DNA from: an uncultured virus (IMG/VR IMGVR_UViG_3300042560_002875)
Lineage: Duplodnaviria; Heunggongvirae; Uroviricota; Caudoviricetes
Virus record (IMG/VR): IMGVR_UViG_3300042560_002875
DNA length: 64,000 nt
Reading direction: 5' to 3' (one strand)
Positions 9,981-17,897 of this stretch are shown piece by piece (position 1 is the stretch's first letter; the number at the start of each line of letters is the position of its first letter). The notes beneath the pieces were generated by a model that did no database searches, was not told the DNA's origin, and worked only from the letters and a program-made list of their open reading frames with translations. A program made the translations under genes and the position numbers.

Positions 9981-10511
9981 TCAGCCCTTGCGTGACTCGT
10001 CTTCGGCCATTTGCTCGTCAATCTCTTTACGAGCGCTATTCATTTCGTTCTCGCTGCAGGTTCCGTGGCCGCATAACCCTCTTTCCTCCATGAAATAGCC
10101 ATTCCCTTGCAGTATCCAGCGCATGCGTGCGGCATCGGCGGCCTCGCTGGTGTCTGGTGGGCGGCGGACTGTGCGGAGCTCCTCAGCAAGCCTTTGTTGT
10201 CCCTTCTCCACCAGGAACTTTGCGCACTCTTCCAGTTCTTCTTCGCGAGCTCGTTGCAGCGCGTAGCCAGGCGTCGGGGTTGCTTTGATGGGAGCTGCCG
10301 CCTCAGCCCATGGAACGGGGAACAGGCGTGAATCGTCATGCCCAGGGACCCGCCCTGCGAAAGCGGACAGGCCGCCAGGCACCGCAGCAGCCCCTCCTCC
10401 TGCGCTTCTTTCTGTGGGGCGACGCCAGCCCTGTCGTCCGGATTCCACAGCCCAGAAGTGATCCGGCGAATTAGGGGGATTCGTTGGGTGCTGGGGTTTT
10501 GGATCGGTCAT
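9981..10511 (-). CDS. Mosaic hypothetical phage protein
   Basis: Likely start MTDPKPQHP; shares segments with the ORFs at 25752 and 48267. Confidence 0.6.
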   Translation of the reverse strand: MTDPKPQHPTNPPNSPDHFWAVESGRQGWRRPTERSAGGGAAAVPGGLSAFAGRVPGHDDSRLFPVPWAEAAAPIKATPTPGYALQRAREEELEECAKFLVEKGQQRLAEELRTVRRPPDTSEAADAARMRWILQGNGYFMEERGLCGHGTCSENEMNSARKEIDEQMAEDESRKG

Positions 10512-11111
10512 TGGGGCTGCTCCGATGGTTGGCTGCGCTTGCGTGCTGTGTCGCGCACTGCGAATCATAACGCCTTTCACCCCATGAATCAAACAACAGA
10601 AGCAAGCTCCCCTATGGAATTCTGAAAATTTTTTGCGGCGCGCCCCATACATTAAAAACCCCCCACGCAAAATGGGAACCTGGGAGGAAAAAAAAAGATT
10701 AGGCATGTAGCGCCCCTGTCAGCAGCGGTAGCAAGCGCCGCGAGCGGAGCAGCGAGGGGGGATACGTGCCTTGCCGCAACGCGTAGCAGTAGGTCGCGTA
10801 GCTAATGCATAGCAGCAGCTAGCGCCAATGCAGCGGATGCAGCAGCAGCAGCGATAGCTGCGGCATACGCTATACCTCCCTGGTTCCTTTTATCCTTTCT
10901 ATACTTTTGCTACACTCCCTATACTACGCTCTACTCTTATACTCTACCCTCACTATCTCTATCTTACCCTTACATCTCTCATCCTCCCCTTCCCTTGCAG
11001 CACCTGCTATCTCTCGCTTCCCTAGCTCCCTACACTACACTCCCGCTCCCGCTCCTACTCACACACACTCACGCACGCAGCGCGGTTGCACTACTCGTGA
11101 TCACATCATCA

Positions 11112-11148
11112 GTGAAGCAACTCAGCAGTGCACACCATCTGTTGAGAA
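11112..11148 (+). promoter_or_regulatory. First copy of the conserved TG-N8-TCAGCAGTG(C/G)(A/G)CAC element (11 copies, 11.1-27.3 kb)
   Basis: Cores near 11121, 11442, 11730, 11987, 12502, 12900, 17839, 20008, 22243, 23234 and 27266, each upstream of a plus-strand ORF. Confidence 0.8.
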
Positions 11149-11209
11149 GCATAGCGCTTTCACGGGAGATAAGCGCCCGACAACTACTGCTATTGCAGCA
11201 GCAACCTCA

Positions 11210-11389
11210 ATGGCTACCGTCATTCTTACTGATCGGATCTACCGCTTCAGCACTCTCAATCCTGAGACCGTGGCAGTTAGCGTCTACCCCCTCAAGGGAG
11301 CGCGTGGGCTATGGCCCCAATCCACGAGTTACTGCATCGAGAGGGCTCGCCGCCTTCTCGCCACACTTCGGACTCAGGCGATTGCTTGA
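11210..11389 (+). CDS. Small early cassette protein
   Basis: MATVILTDRIY..., lying between the conserved element and a terminator. Confidence 0.6.
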   Translation: MATVILTDRIYRFSTLNPETVAVSVYPLKGARGLWPQSTSYCIERARRLLATLRTQAIA

Positions 11390-11396
11390 TCCCTTA

Positions 11397-11430
11397 GCCC
11401 CTGGTCCTTTACTGGATCAGGGGCTTTTCT
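11397..11430 (+). terminator. Intrinsic terminator
   Basis: AGCCCCTGGTCC...GGATCAGGGGCT hairpin followed by TTTCT. Confidence 0.7.
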
Positions 11431-11470
11431 TGTTGAACCTTCTCAGCAGTGCACACCACCTGCTTTCCGC

Positions 11471-11659
11471 GTGACTCTTCCCTCTAATCTCCACTTCGGC
11501 TACGACATCTGGTACGGGCCCGTCCTCTGCTCCAATACCCTCCACGCAGTGGATGAGGCCCTGGGCTATCAAGACAGCCCCCTCGATGTCCTGAGATCCC
11601 TAACCTTCATCCCTGTCGGCCTTGAGTATTCTCGATGGCCACAGCTCACCATCTCCTAG
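11471..11659 (+). CDS. Small early cassette protein
   Basis: 62-aa ORF between element and terminator. Confidence 0.55.
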   Translation: MTLPSNLHFGYDIWYGPVLCSNTLHAVDEALGYQDSPLDVLRSLTFIPVGLEYSRWPQLTIS

Positions 11660-11685
11660 TGCCACATCTGGCACCCCCTACCCTC

Positions 11686-11718
11686 GCCCCGCTTGGAGTC
11701 GTCCAAGTGGGGCTTTTT
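11686..11718 (+). terminator. Intrinsic terminator
   Basis: GCCCCGCTTGGA-GTCG-TCCAAGTGGGGC followed by TTTTT. Confidence 0.75.
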
Positions 11719-11758
11719 CGCTGGACCTTCTCAGCAGTGGACACCACTGCTTCGACTT

Positions 11759-11923
11759 ATGGCAACCGCCTCCCCTCGCTCAGTGGCTGATCTCAATTGG
11801 CTCATTTCTCACGTCTCCGAGCGTTCTCGTGCGGGCGATCTTGAGGCGCAGGAACGCTTATCCGAGCTTCTCTGCGAACTCGAGGACCGCCTGGAGGCCA
11901 GCGGCTTCTACGACCGCAACTGA
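11759..11923 (+). CDS. Small early cassette protein
   Basis: MATASPRSVADLNW... between element and terminator. Confidence 0.6.
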   Translation: MATASPRSVADLNWLISHVSERSRAGDLEAQERLSELLCELEDRLEASGFYDRN

Positions 11924-11938
11924 ACTCTCACGCCATCC

Positions 11939-11975
11939 GCCCCTGACTCCGCTCCGCGGGGATCGGGGGCTTTTT
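11939..11975 (+). terminator. Intrinsic terminator
   Basis: GCCCCTGA...TCGGGGGC followed by TTTTT. Confidence 0.65.
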
Positions 11976-12017
11976 CACTGAGTCCACTCAGCAGTGGACA
12001 CCACCTTCTTCGTTTCT

Positions 12018-12242
12018 ATGTCCCTTACATCCCTTTCCGATTTCCAGCTCCATCAACTAGCTGACCAGCTCGCCGACCAATACCGCCTCACGGAAGACGC
12101 ATCCGTGGATGACCGCCTTATGGAGGTCTTCCGCGAAATGTCCCGCCGTGAGCACGCCATAGATGACCACTCCATGCAGGCTTTCTTCGACACGTCCTAC
12201 CGTGAGCAAGTAGCCGAAATCCCTGTCATCGACTGGCTATGA
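12018..12242 (+). CDS. Small early cassette protein
   Basis: Acidic 74-aa ORF. Confidence 0.6.
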   Translation: MSLTSLSDFQLHQLADQLADQYRLTEDASVDDRLMEVFREMSRREHAIDDHSMQAFFDTSYREQVAEIPVIDWL

Positions 12243-12430
12243 GCATCAACCACGCCTGGATGGGCTCCGCGATCGAATGCATGCACATGCGTGCTATCGA
12301 TAGCGATGGAGACTACCGATCCCATCCCGACTACAACGCCGGATGGAATCTCTTCTCCTCCTCCTCCTTCATGCCCATAGGGGACATGCTCCTCTCCCCA
12401 GAGGAGGATGATCCCCGCTGGTACACCTAG
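12239..12430 (+). CDS. Small early cassette protein
   Basis: ATGA-coupled 63-aa ORF. Confidence 0.55.
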   Translation: MSINHAWMGSAIECMHMRAIDSDGDYRSHPDYNAGWNLFSSSSFMPIGDMLLSPEEDDPRWYT

Positions 12431-12456
12431 TGCCACATCTGGCACCCCCTACCCCT

Positions 12457-12491
12457 GCCCCATCCGGCTATCCCCCGGGTGGGGCTTTTTT
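12457..12491 (+). terminator. Intrinsic terminator
   Basis: GCCCCATCCGG...CCGGGTGGGGC followed by TTTTTT. Confidence 0.75.
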
Positions 12492-12570
12492 AGTGAGCCT
12501 TCTCAGCAGTGCCACCTGCTGTCTACGGCTCACATCCCTTCGCCCCGGTTAGCAACCGGGCTACCCCTCA

Positions 12571-12840
12571 ATGACCGAGAACAACCTTCATTCTCTGTCT
12601 ATTGATCTACGCTTGCTCGCAAGGGCAAGCATCTGGACCTGCCCCTCCACTGGGCGGGTCCTCCAAGGCTCTATCGATCGCAAAATCGAAGCCCTCCGTG
12701 AGGTCATCCTTGATGCCCTCTGGGCCAAGCAAGATGGCCTCACCATCACCCAGCAGATGGTCGCCGCTGTCACCACAGCACGCACCCTCTGCCTCGATAA
12801 CCAGCAAACGCTTCGCCAGCTGCGGCGAGCGGCTGCCTGA
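12571..12840 (+). CDS. Small early cassette protein
   Basis: 89-aa ORF after a conserved element. Confidence 0.6.
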   Translation: MTENNLHSLSIDLRLLARASIWTCPSTGRVLQGSIDRKIEALREVILDALWAKQDGLTITQQMVAAVTTARTLCLDNQQTLRQLRRAAA

Positions 12841-12954
12841 TGTATCTTCTGGGGTGTCATACCTGGCACCCCTCCCTTTGGTCCTATTCACTGAGCCAAA
12901 TCAGCAGTGCACACCGCCTGTTGTGCGGCTCAATACCCCTCACTGGAAATCCCC

Positions 12955-13518
12955 ATGTCCACTGCCACCAAGTCCAAGCCTTCCTCTACCGCCACCCCCG
13001 TGGCACCTGAAGCTCCCGAAGAACAGCCCATCTTTGGTATCTACGAAGAGCTCGTCGCTGAGCTCGAAGCCGCCAAGGCAAGAATCACTGAGCTGGAGTC
13101 CTCAGGCGAACAGCTCAATCAAATCCTTTGGCTCCAAAAGACTCCCCCTAGGGGCTCTCGCCAGGGCTTCACTGACGGCGGCACGCCCTTTATTGAGTTT
13201 GGTGCCCAATTTGCGACTTTCAACAAGAAGACCAATTCCAGGGTTTTCGGCGCCTGGAAGAACTTCACCGCATACGGCGAACTCGCTGAGACCATCGGTG
13301 AATTCTTCAACACAGACGATCGCCTCGTGCGCATCACTGCATACGAGCGCCCCTGGCACGGCACTGTTGCCGGTCCAGAGGGCCCTGTAAGCACCCGCAA
13401 CACCGAATGGATCGTTGTCTCCTTCCAGCCCGTCGCAAGGCTGGATAGCCCCTCTCCGATGAGCGAGCCCGAGGCTCCCTTCTCGGGTGAGCCCACCTCG
13501 GAGGAAGTTTCCTTCTGA
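12955..13518 (+). CDS. SSB-like OB-fold protein
   Basis: WKNFTAYGELAE...LVRITAY pattern and acidic EEVSF C-terminal tail. Confidence 0.55.
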   Translation: MSTATKSKPSSTATPVAPEAPEEQPIFGIYEELVAELEAAKARITELESSGEQLNQILWLQKTPPRGSRQGFTDGGTPFIEFGAQFATFNKKTNSRVFGAWKNFTAYGELAETIGEFFNTDDRLVRITAYERPWHGTVAGPEGPVSTRNTEWIVVSFQPVARLDSPSPMSEPEAPFSGEPTSEEVSF

Positions 13519-13703
13519 GGTACATCCAGGCCCCGCCCGGGTGGGGCCCTAATCCATCCAGTGGCCCCTTCCATGGCCGTTGCTCGGCCTCTCCTGGAGT
13601 CCATAACCATCAAGCAATTGTGTGTCCTAGCGCTCTTACAGAGCCGTGCCGGGCGACTTGCTAGCCATGGCATGCGGGCTAACCTCCTCTCAATTCTTTT
13701 CTT

Positions 13704-14420
13704 ATGACCACCCTCACCAAGAACACCGACCTCCTCAAACAGGAGGTCCACGAACACATCACGGCGGATGCCGTCGTCCAGGGTAATTACTGGTCAGACG
13801 GCAAAGGCTGCTTCATCGGGTGCCTGACTTATTCAGGCGACCCCACTCCTGCTGTGGAGCGATTTGGGCTCACTGAGTCCATTCTTCGCATCGCGGAACG
13901 CATCTTTGAATCTCTTCCGCTTGAGGAAGCTAAGCAATTCTTCTTCGACTTTCCCGACGCCGTCGCTATGGACGGTAAAAACCTCTCCTTGATCCATTGG
14001 GTCTTCCTCGGTGAAACCCTAGGAAATCTCCCTCCTCAGCGGCCCGGAATCCAGGCCGTTATTGACCCAGTTATTCATGGCATGGATTTACTGGCTTCTG
14101 GCAACGTCTGGGGGACAGACGCCAGTGCCGCCGCCAGAGACGCCGCCTGGAACGCCGCCGGTGACGCCGCCTGGGCCGCCTCCTGTGCCGGCGCTAGGAC
14201 CGGCTCCTGGGCCGCCTCCTGTGCCGCCTCCTGTGCCGGCGCTAGGACCGGCTCCTGGGCCGCCGCCATGGCCGCCGGTGACGCCGCCGGGGCCGCCTCC
14301 TGCGCCGCCAGGGACGCCGCCTGGAACGCCGCCGGTGACGCCAGTGACGCCGAAACTCGCCGGCAGCGGGACTCCCTGTTGTGGCTCATTCGAGAGGCGC
14401 CTGTTGTGACCCCTTCCTGA
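13704..14420 (+). CDS. Phage protein with Ala/Trp (AARDAAW) low-complexity repeats
   Basis: GKGCFIGC N-terminus; repeated DAAWNAAGDA and AASCAGARTGSW segments. Confidence 0.75.
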   Translation: MTTLTKNTDLLKQEVHEHITADAVVQGNYWSDGKGCFIGCLTYSGDPTPAVERFGLTESILRIAERIFESLPLEEAKQFFFDFPDAVAMDGKNLSLIHWVFLGETLGNLPPQRPGIQAVIDPVIHGMDLLASGNVWGTDASAAARDAAWNAAGDAAWAASCAGARTGSWAASCAASCAGARTGSWAAAMAAGDAAGAASCAARDAAWNAAGDASDAETRRQRDSLLWLIREAPVVTPS

Positions 14421-14460
14421 TCACCCCTGTCCTGCAACCCTCTCTGATGTCTACTCCTTC

Positions 14461-14619
14461 ATGACAGCGCTATACACCCCTCGGCTGCTGCGCGGCGGCT
14501 CCTGGTTCAACTTCCCCAGGGACTGCCCCTCGGCCCATCGCTACCGCGCCCTGCCTGCTGATACCAGCGGCATCATCGGTTTCCGTGTGGTGTACCTCCC
14601 CCGGGAGGTAACACCATGA
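14461..14619 (+). CDS. Stand-alone FGE/CLec variable-region mini-protein, unit 1
   Basis: MTALYTPRLLRGGSWFNFPRDCPSAHRYRALPADTSGIIGFRVVYLPREVTP (52 aa, below the ORF-track cutoff). Confidence 0.8.
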   Translation: MTALYTPRLLRGGSWFNFPRDCPSAHRYRALPADTSGIIGFRVVYLPREVTP

Positions 14620-14774
14620 CAACCCTTGACGCTTCTCGGCTACTGCGCGGGGGCTCCTGGATCTTTTATCCCGGGAGCTACGACTCGGCCTTCCGCTACC
14701 CCTTCCGGTGCGGCGGTGCCTTCAGTTTCATCGGTTTCCGCGTGGTGTACCTCCCCCAGGAGGTAGCGCCATGA
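14616..14774 (+). CDS. Stand-alone FGE/CLec variable-region mini-protein, unit 2
   Basis: MTTLDASRLLRGGSWIFYPGSYDSAFRYPFRCGGAFSFIGFRVVYLPQEVAP; GGAGG RBS and ATGA overlap. Confidence 0.8.
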   Translation: MTTLDASRLLRGGSWIFYPGSYDSAFRYPFRCGGAFSFIGFRVVYLPQEVAP

Positions 14775-15475
14775 CAGCCCCCGCAGTGCGCGGCGGCTCC
14801 TGGGTCAACGGACCGCTTGACTGCCGCGCCGCCTACCGGGGCAGCAGCGACCCGGCCTTCGTCAACTCCGACCTCGGCGTTCGCCCCTGCCGCCTCCTCC
14901 ATCCATCTTCCATTTCTTCAGAGACCATGACTACCTCCAATCACAGCATCTCCGCTTCCGCCCTCAACCTGCCGATGGTTTCCATCGCTCCAGGGCGCTT
15001 CATGATGGGATCCGATTCACCCTCCGCTTTCTCTGATGAGAAGCCGGTCCATGAGGTGATCATCGACAAAGGCTTTGAGATGGCGGAAGCTCCGACCACT
15101 CAAGCCCAGTGGCGATGGGTCGCCGAGAACCTGCCCAAGGTCGAGCGCGATCTCAATCCCGATCCCTCACGCTTCAAGGGCGATGATCGCCCCGTCGAAT
15201 GCGTCTCCTGGTATGACGCCATGGAATTCTGTGCCCGCCTCAGTCAGGCCACAGGTAAGACCTACACCCTCCCTACCGAGGAGCAGTGGGAATACGCCTG
15301 CCGCGCAGGCACCACCACTGAATTCGCTTTCGGTGACACCCTCGATGAGTCCCAGGCACGCTTCAACGCAGATTCCACCTGCGATGTCAAGCAGTACCAA
15401 CCCAACGCCTGGGGCCTCTACGACATGCATGGCCAGGTCTTCGAGTGGTGCCGCAACGAATACAAGCCCTATTGA
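14771..15475 (+). CDS. Circularly permuted FGE-sulfatase (SUMF1/CLec-fold) domain protein; unit 3 fused N-terminally, possible internal start at 14927
   Basis: RGGSW..CRAAYR..LGVR precedes MVSIAPGRFMMGS, PVECVSWYDA, LPTEEQWEYACRAG, PNAWGLYDMHGQVFEWC; stop follows before any C-terminal RGGSW. Confidence 0.85.
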   Translation: MTAPAVRGGSWVNGPLDCRAAYRGSSDPAFVNSDLGVRPCRLLHPSSISSETMTTSNHSISASALNLPMVSIAPGRFMMGSDSPSAFSDEKPVHEVIIDKGFEMAEAPTTQAQWRWVAENLPKVERDLNPDPSRFKGDDRPVECVSWYDAMEFCARLSQATGKTYTLPTEEQWEYACRAGTTTEFAFGDTLDESQARFNADSTCDVKQYQPNAWGLYDMHGQVFEWCRNEYKPY

Positions 15476-15485
15476 TTCCCTGCCC

Positions 15486-15890
15486 ATGCATTCCGATCTG
15501 ATTGGGGGCCGGCTTCGACATTTCATGCATCAAGCCGCCCCCTTTTTCTGCATTGCTATTGCCCTGCTCTGGCATCTTGTCGATGCCTCCTACGCCGCCG
15601 GCAGCCAGCTGCGTCTTGCCCTGGAAGAGCGCAGCCAGCAGCTAGCAGCCCTCCATCTCCACCTCCTCGGCCTCACTCCCCCTGAACCCCAATCCATCCC
15701 TCCTATGACCCTCTCTGTGCCCACTGCGGAAGACCCGGAGCTGACAGCCTTCCGCTGCGCTCTCAATGGAATCGACCTCAGCCTCAATGTGTCCCAGCTG
15801 CGTGCCCTGGCTCGCGAGCGGGGGCACCGCGGCAACAAGGTCTCCCGAGCTCGCCGCTCTGACCTGCTCCTCCTGTTGAGCAGGTCATGA
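15486..15890 (+). CDS. Protein with hydrophobic helix and C-terminal Rho-N/HeH-like motif
   Basis: LNVSQLRALARERG...ARRSDLLLLL. Confidence 0.55.
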   Translation: MHSDLIGGRLRHFMHQAAPFFCIAIALLWHLVDASYAAGSQLRLALEERSQQLAALHLHLLGLTPPEPQSIPPMTLSVPTAEDPELTAFRCALNGIDLSLNVSQLRALARERGHRGNKVSRARRSDLLLLLSRS

Positions 15891-16192
15891 CGCATTATCG
15901 AGTACAACGCGGCGGTACTTGGTTTTACAGGAGGAAACAACAGGCGTATTTACGCTTGGCCTACCGACGCGTCGATAAAGCGCACCACGTAGACGATCTC
16001 GTCGGCTTCCGCGTGGTGTGCCTCCCTCCGGAGGTAGCACCACCTTGGATGCCACTGCCACTGCGCGGCGGCTCCTGGGGCAACCTCCCCGGGGGCCGCC
16101 GCTCGGCCTCCCGCAGCCGCTACCGGCCCGGCTTTGCCTACAGCGGCGTCGGTTTCCGCGTGGTGTGCCTCCCCCGGGAGGAAGCACCATGA
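15887..16192 (+). CDS. Variable-region mini-protein, units 4+5 in tandem
   Basis: RGGTW...GFRVVCLP followed by RGGSW...GFRVVCLP. Confidence 0.8.
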   Translation: MTHYRVQRGGTWFYRRKQQAYLRLAYRRVDKAHHVDDLVGFRVVCLPPEVAPPWMPLPLRGGSWGNLPGGRRSASRSRYRPGFAYSGVGFRVVCLPREEAP

Positions 16193-16527
16193 CAACCCCC
16201 GCAATGCGGGGCGGCTCCTGGTTCAGCGCTCCGCCGGTTCAACTTCCCCAGGAACCGCCGCTCGGCCTACCGCTCGGCTGCCGCGCCGCCAGCCGGCTCA
16301 GCATCAACCCGGCCGACGTCAGCACCATCGTCGGATTTCGCGTGGTGTGCCTCCCTCCGGAGGTCAAGCCCACGCAGGTAGCCATACGCGGCGGCTCCCA
16401 CGCCCAGCTCAACTACCCCTGGTGCCGCTCGACCTGGTGCCGCTCGGCCTGTCGCTGCGTTTGCCATTCGCCCGACTATACCTACGACGACATCGGCTTC
16501 CGCGTGATCTGTCTTCCGCCCTCCTGA
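16189..16527 (+). CDS. Variable-region mini-protein, units 6+7 in tandem
   Basis: RGGSW...GFRVVCLP followed by RGGSH...CRSACR...GFRVICLP; GGAGG and ATGA coupling. Confidence 0.8.
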   Translation: MTTPAMRGGSWFSAPPVQLPQEPPLGLPLGCRAASRLSINPADVSTIVGFRVVCLPPEVKPTQVAIRGGSHAQLNYPWCRSTWCRSACRCVCHSPDYTYDDIGFRVICLPPS

Positions 16528-16678
16528 ACAACACACTTCACTTCTTTCTCAACCCCATGACTTCTCTCCATCGACCCAAGCTCGGTAAAAGCCTCCGGTT
16601 CTCCATTTCTGCAGCCCTATTCCTCTACCTCGGGGCTGCAGCAGCTAACGATGCCAAGGACTTCTTCCTTGGAGGGCC

Positions 16679-17077
16679 CTATTGCGCGTGGTTCTCACTC
16701 GCTAGGCCCGTCTGCCAGCCTCCTTCCATTAGAAACTCCAACAACTCGGTCTTGTTGAACATCCATGCCCCAGTCAAACCCTTAAGCCTTGCCAGCGTCC
16801 TCAACTCGTCAGCCTTGAGGCCATAAGCCATCTCTGGATTGGCCTCCCACTCCTCGATCGTTGGTGGCATGCGAGACCCCTTCTGTCTCGGCTCCGCCGC
16901 ACGGCATGGCCTCCCATCTGTCCACTGCCTCAGCTCAGCTGGGATCACCTCCTCCGGCTGTTGAGACGTCCACAGCATTTGACTGCAACAGTCGCACTTC
17001 CTAGCCCGAACTCGTATCCCGTCTTCCCCCTTGTAGGTGTGAGCCACCTTTGTCTCACCACCGCATTCGCACTGCAT
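16679..17077 (-). CDS. NrdR-like Zn-ribbon plus Rho-N-like domain protein
   Basis: MQCECGG.TKV..T......RARKC..C; C-terminal ELRTLARLKG...NKTELLEFL. Confidence 0.6.
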   Translation of the reverse strand: MQCECGGETKVAHTYKGEDGIRVRARKCDCCSQMLWTSQQPEEVIPAELRQWTDGRPCRAAEPRQKGSRMPPTIEEWEANPEMAYGLKADELRTLARLKGLTGAWMFNKTELLEFLMEGGWQTGLASENHAQ

Positions 17078-17104
17078 GACGTGTGTTGCGCAATGCCCGA
17101 CAAC

Positions 17105-17287
17105 CTACCCCATGTCATGCATTAGTGCATCCCATCCAGGCAGCTGGAGGCCCGCCAGGTCTTCAGTTGCAAACTTCCGGCGGAATCCCTCCAGCAGGGA
17201 GTGCTGAAGAATGGCCAGCTCCAAATCGCGCCGCATGGCGTCCTCGATCAGCTGCGCCAGCTCAGTCTCCTCCCCTGCGTATCGCAT
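17105..17287 (-). CDS. Hypothetical protein
   Basis: 60-aa ORF coupled to the upstream gene. Confidence 0.5.
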   Translation of the reverse strand: MRYAGEETELAQLIEDAMRRDLELAILQHSLLEGFRRKFATEDLAGLQLPGWDALMHDMG

Positions 17288-17790
17288 CAGGCCAGTGGGC
17301 TCTCCTCAGTCCGCTGGACCTGTTGCTGCCCCTGCTGCATGAAGCCCATTAGAGCCATCAGTTGCTGAGCGCCTTCAGTCATGGCCGCACCGCCGGCCAC
17401 TGCACCGCCAGCAGCCAATGCTGGGTAGGCGCCACGCCGAACAAGCGCGCTATTCGCGTACTGGTGGCTCAGGCGCTCCCTTGGCCCCATCGAGCCAAGT
17501 CCACCTATTCCTCGTTTCATCTGGGGTGAATACCTTGCCACGAAGTCGCTCTCCCCCATCTCGCTGAAGTCCTTTCGAATCGCTCCCATCTCGATCTGCT
17601 TGCCAGATCCATCCCTGGCCCGATCAGCAATCACCTTGATCATCTCGTCGGGATTGTTCTTGTAGAGCCTCCCGACATGATCGGCCTGCCTTGCATTGCC
17701 CGACGTCCTATAGGCAATCTCGTCTGCAATGGCTTTATCGATCATCTTCTGCTCGATGCCACCCAGCCATTTCAGCGGATTCATGCCCAT
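17287..17790 (-). CDS. Hypothetical, virion-style Gly/Ala-rich protein
   Basis: Likely start MGMNPLKW; composition resembles the 1-10 kb genes. Confidence 0.55.
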   Translation of the reverse strand: MGMNPLKWLGGIEQKMIDKAIADEIAYRTSGNARQADHVGRLYKNNPDEMIKVIADRARDGSGKQIEMGAIRKDFSEMGESDFVARYSPQMKRGIGGLGSMGPRERLSHQYANSALVRRGAYPALAAGGAVAGGAAMTEGAQQLMALMGFMQQGQQQVQRTEESPLA

Positions 17791-17897
17791 AACTCGATCC
17801 TGGATCTCTCTCAGTCTAGTTCCTGTTTTGTGAGCCTTCTCAGCAGTGCACACTGCCTATTGAGCGGGCCAATGTCCCTTTACCCTTTCCTCTTATC

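Noticed and set aside
10907..11209. Long plus-strand ORF starts at 10907/10995
   Set aside because: They arise from a low-complexity G-poor tract; the plausible gene starts at 11210 after the conserved element.
11669..11690. Sigma54 promoter from TGGCAC
   Set aside because: No TTGC at the -12 spacing, and cyanobacteria lack sigma54; better explained as a palindrome half-site.
11121..12915. CRISPR array formed by the TCAGCAGTG repeats
   Set aside because: Spacing is 250-500 bp and irregular, the intervals hold ORFs and terminators, and there is no cas operon.
14062..14409. Pro-rich ORF (PPGTPP repeats)
   Set aside because: Alternate frame of the GCC-rich Ala-repeat gene.
14461..16527. Complete canonical DGR in the window
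   Set aside because: No reverse transcriptase ORF, Avd or AAC-rich template repeat is visible; only VR-like units.
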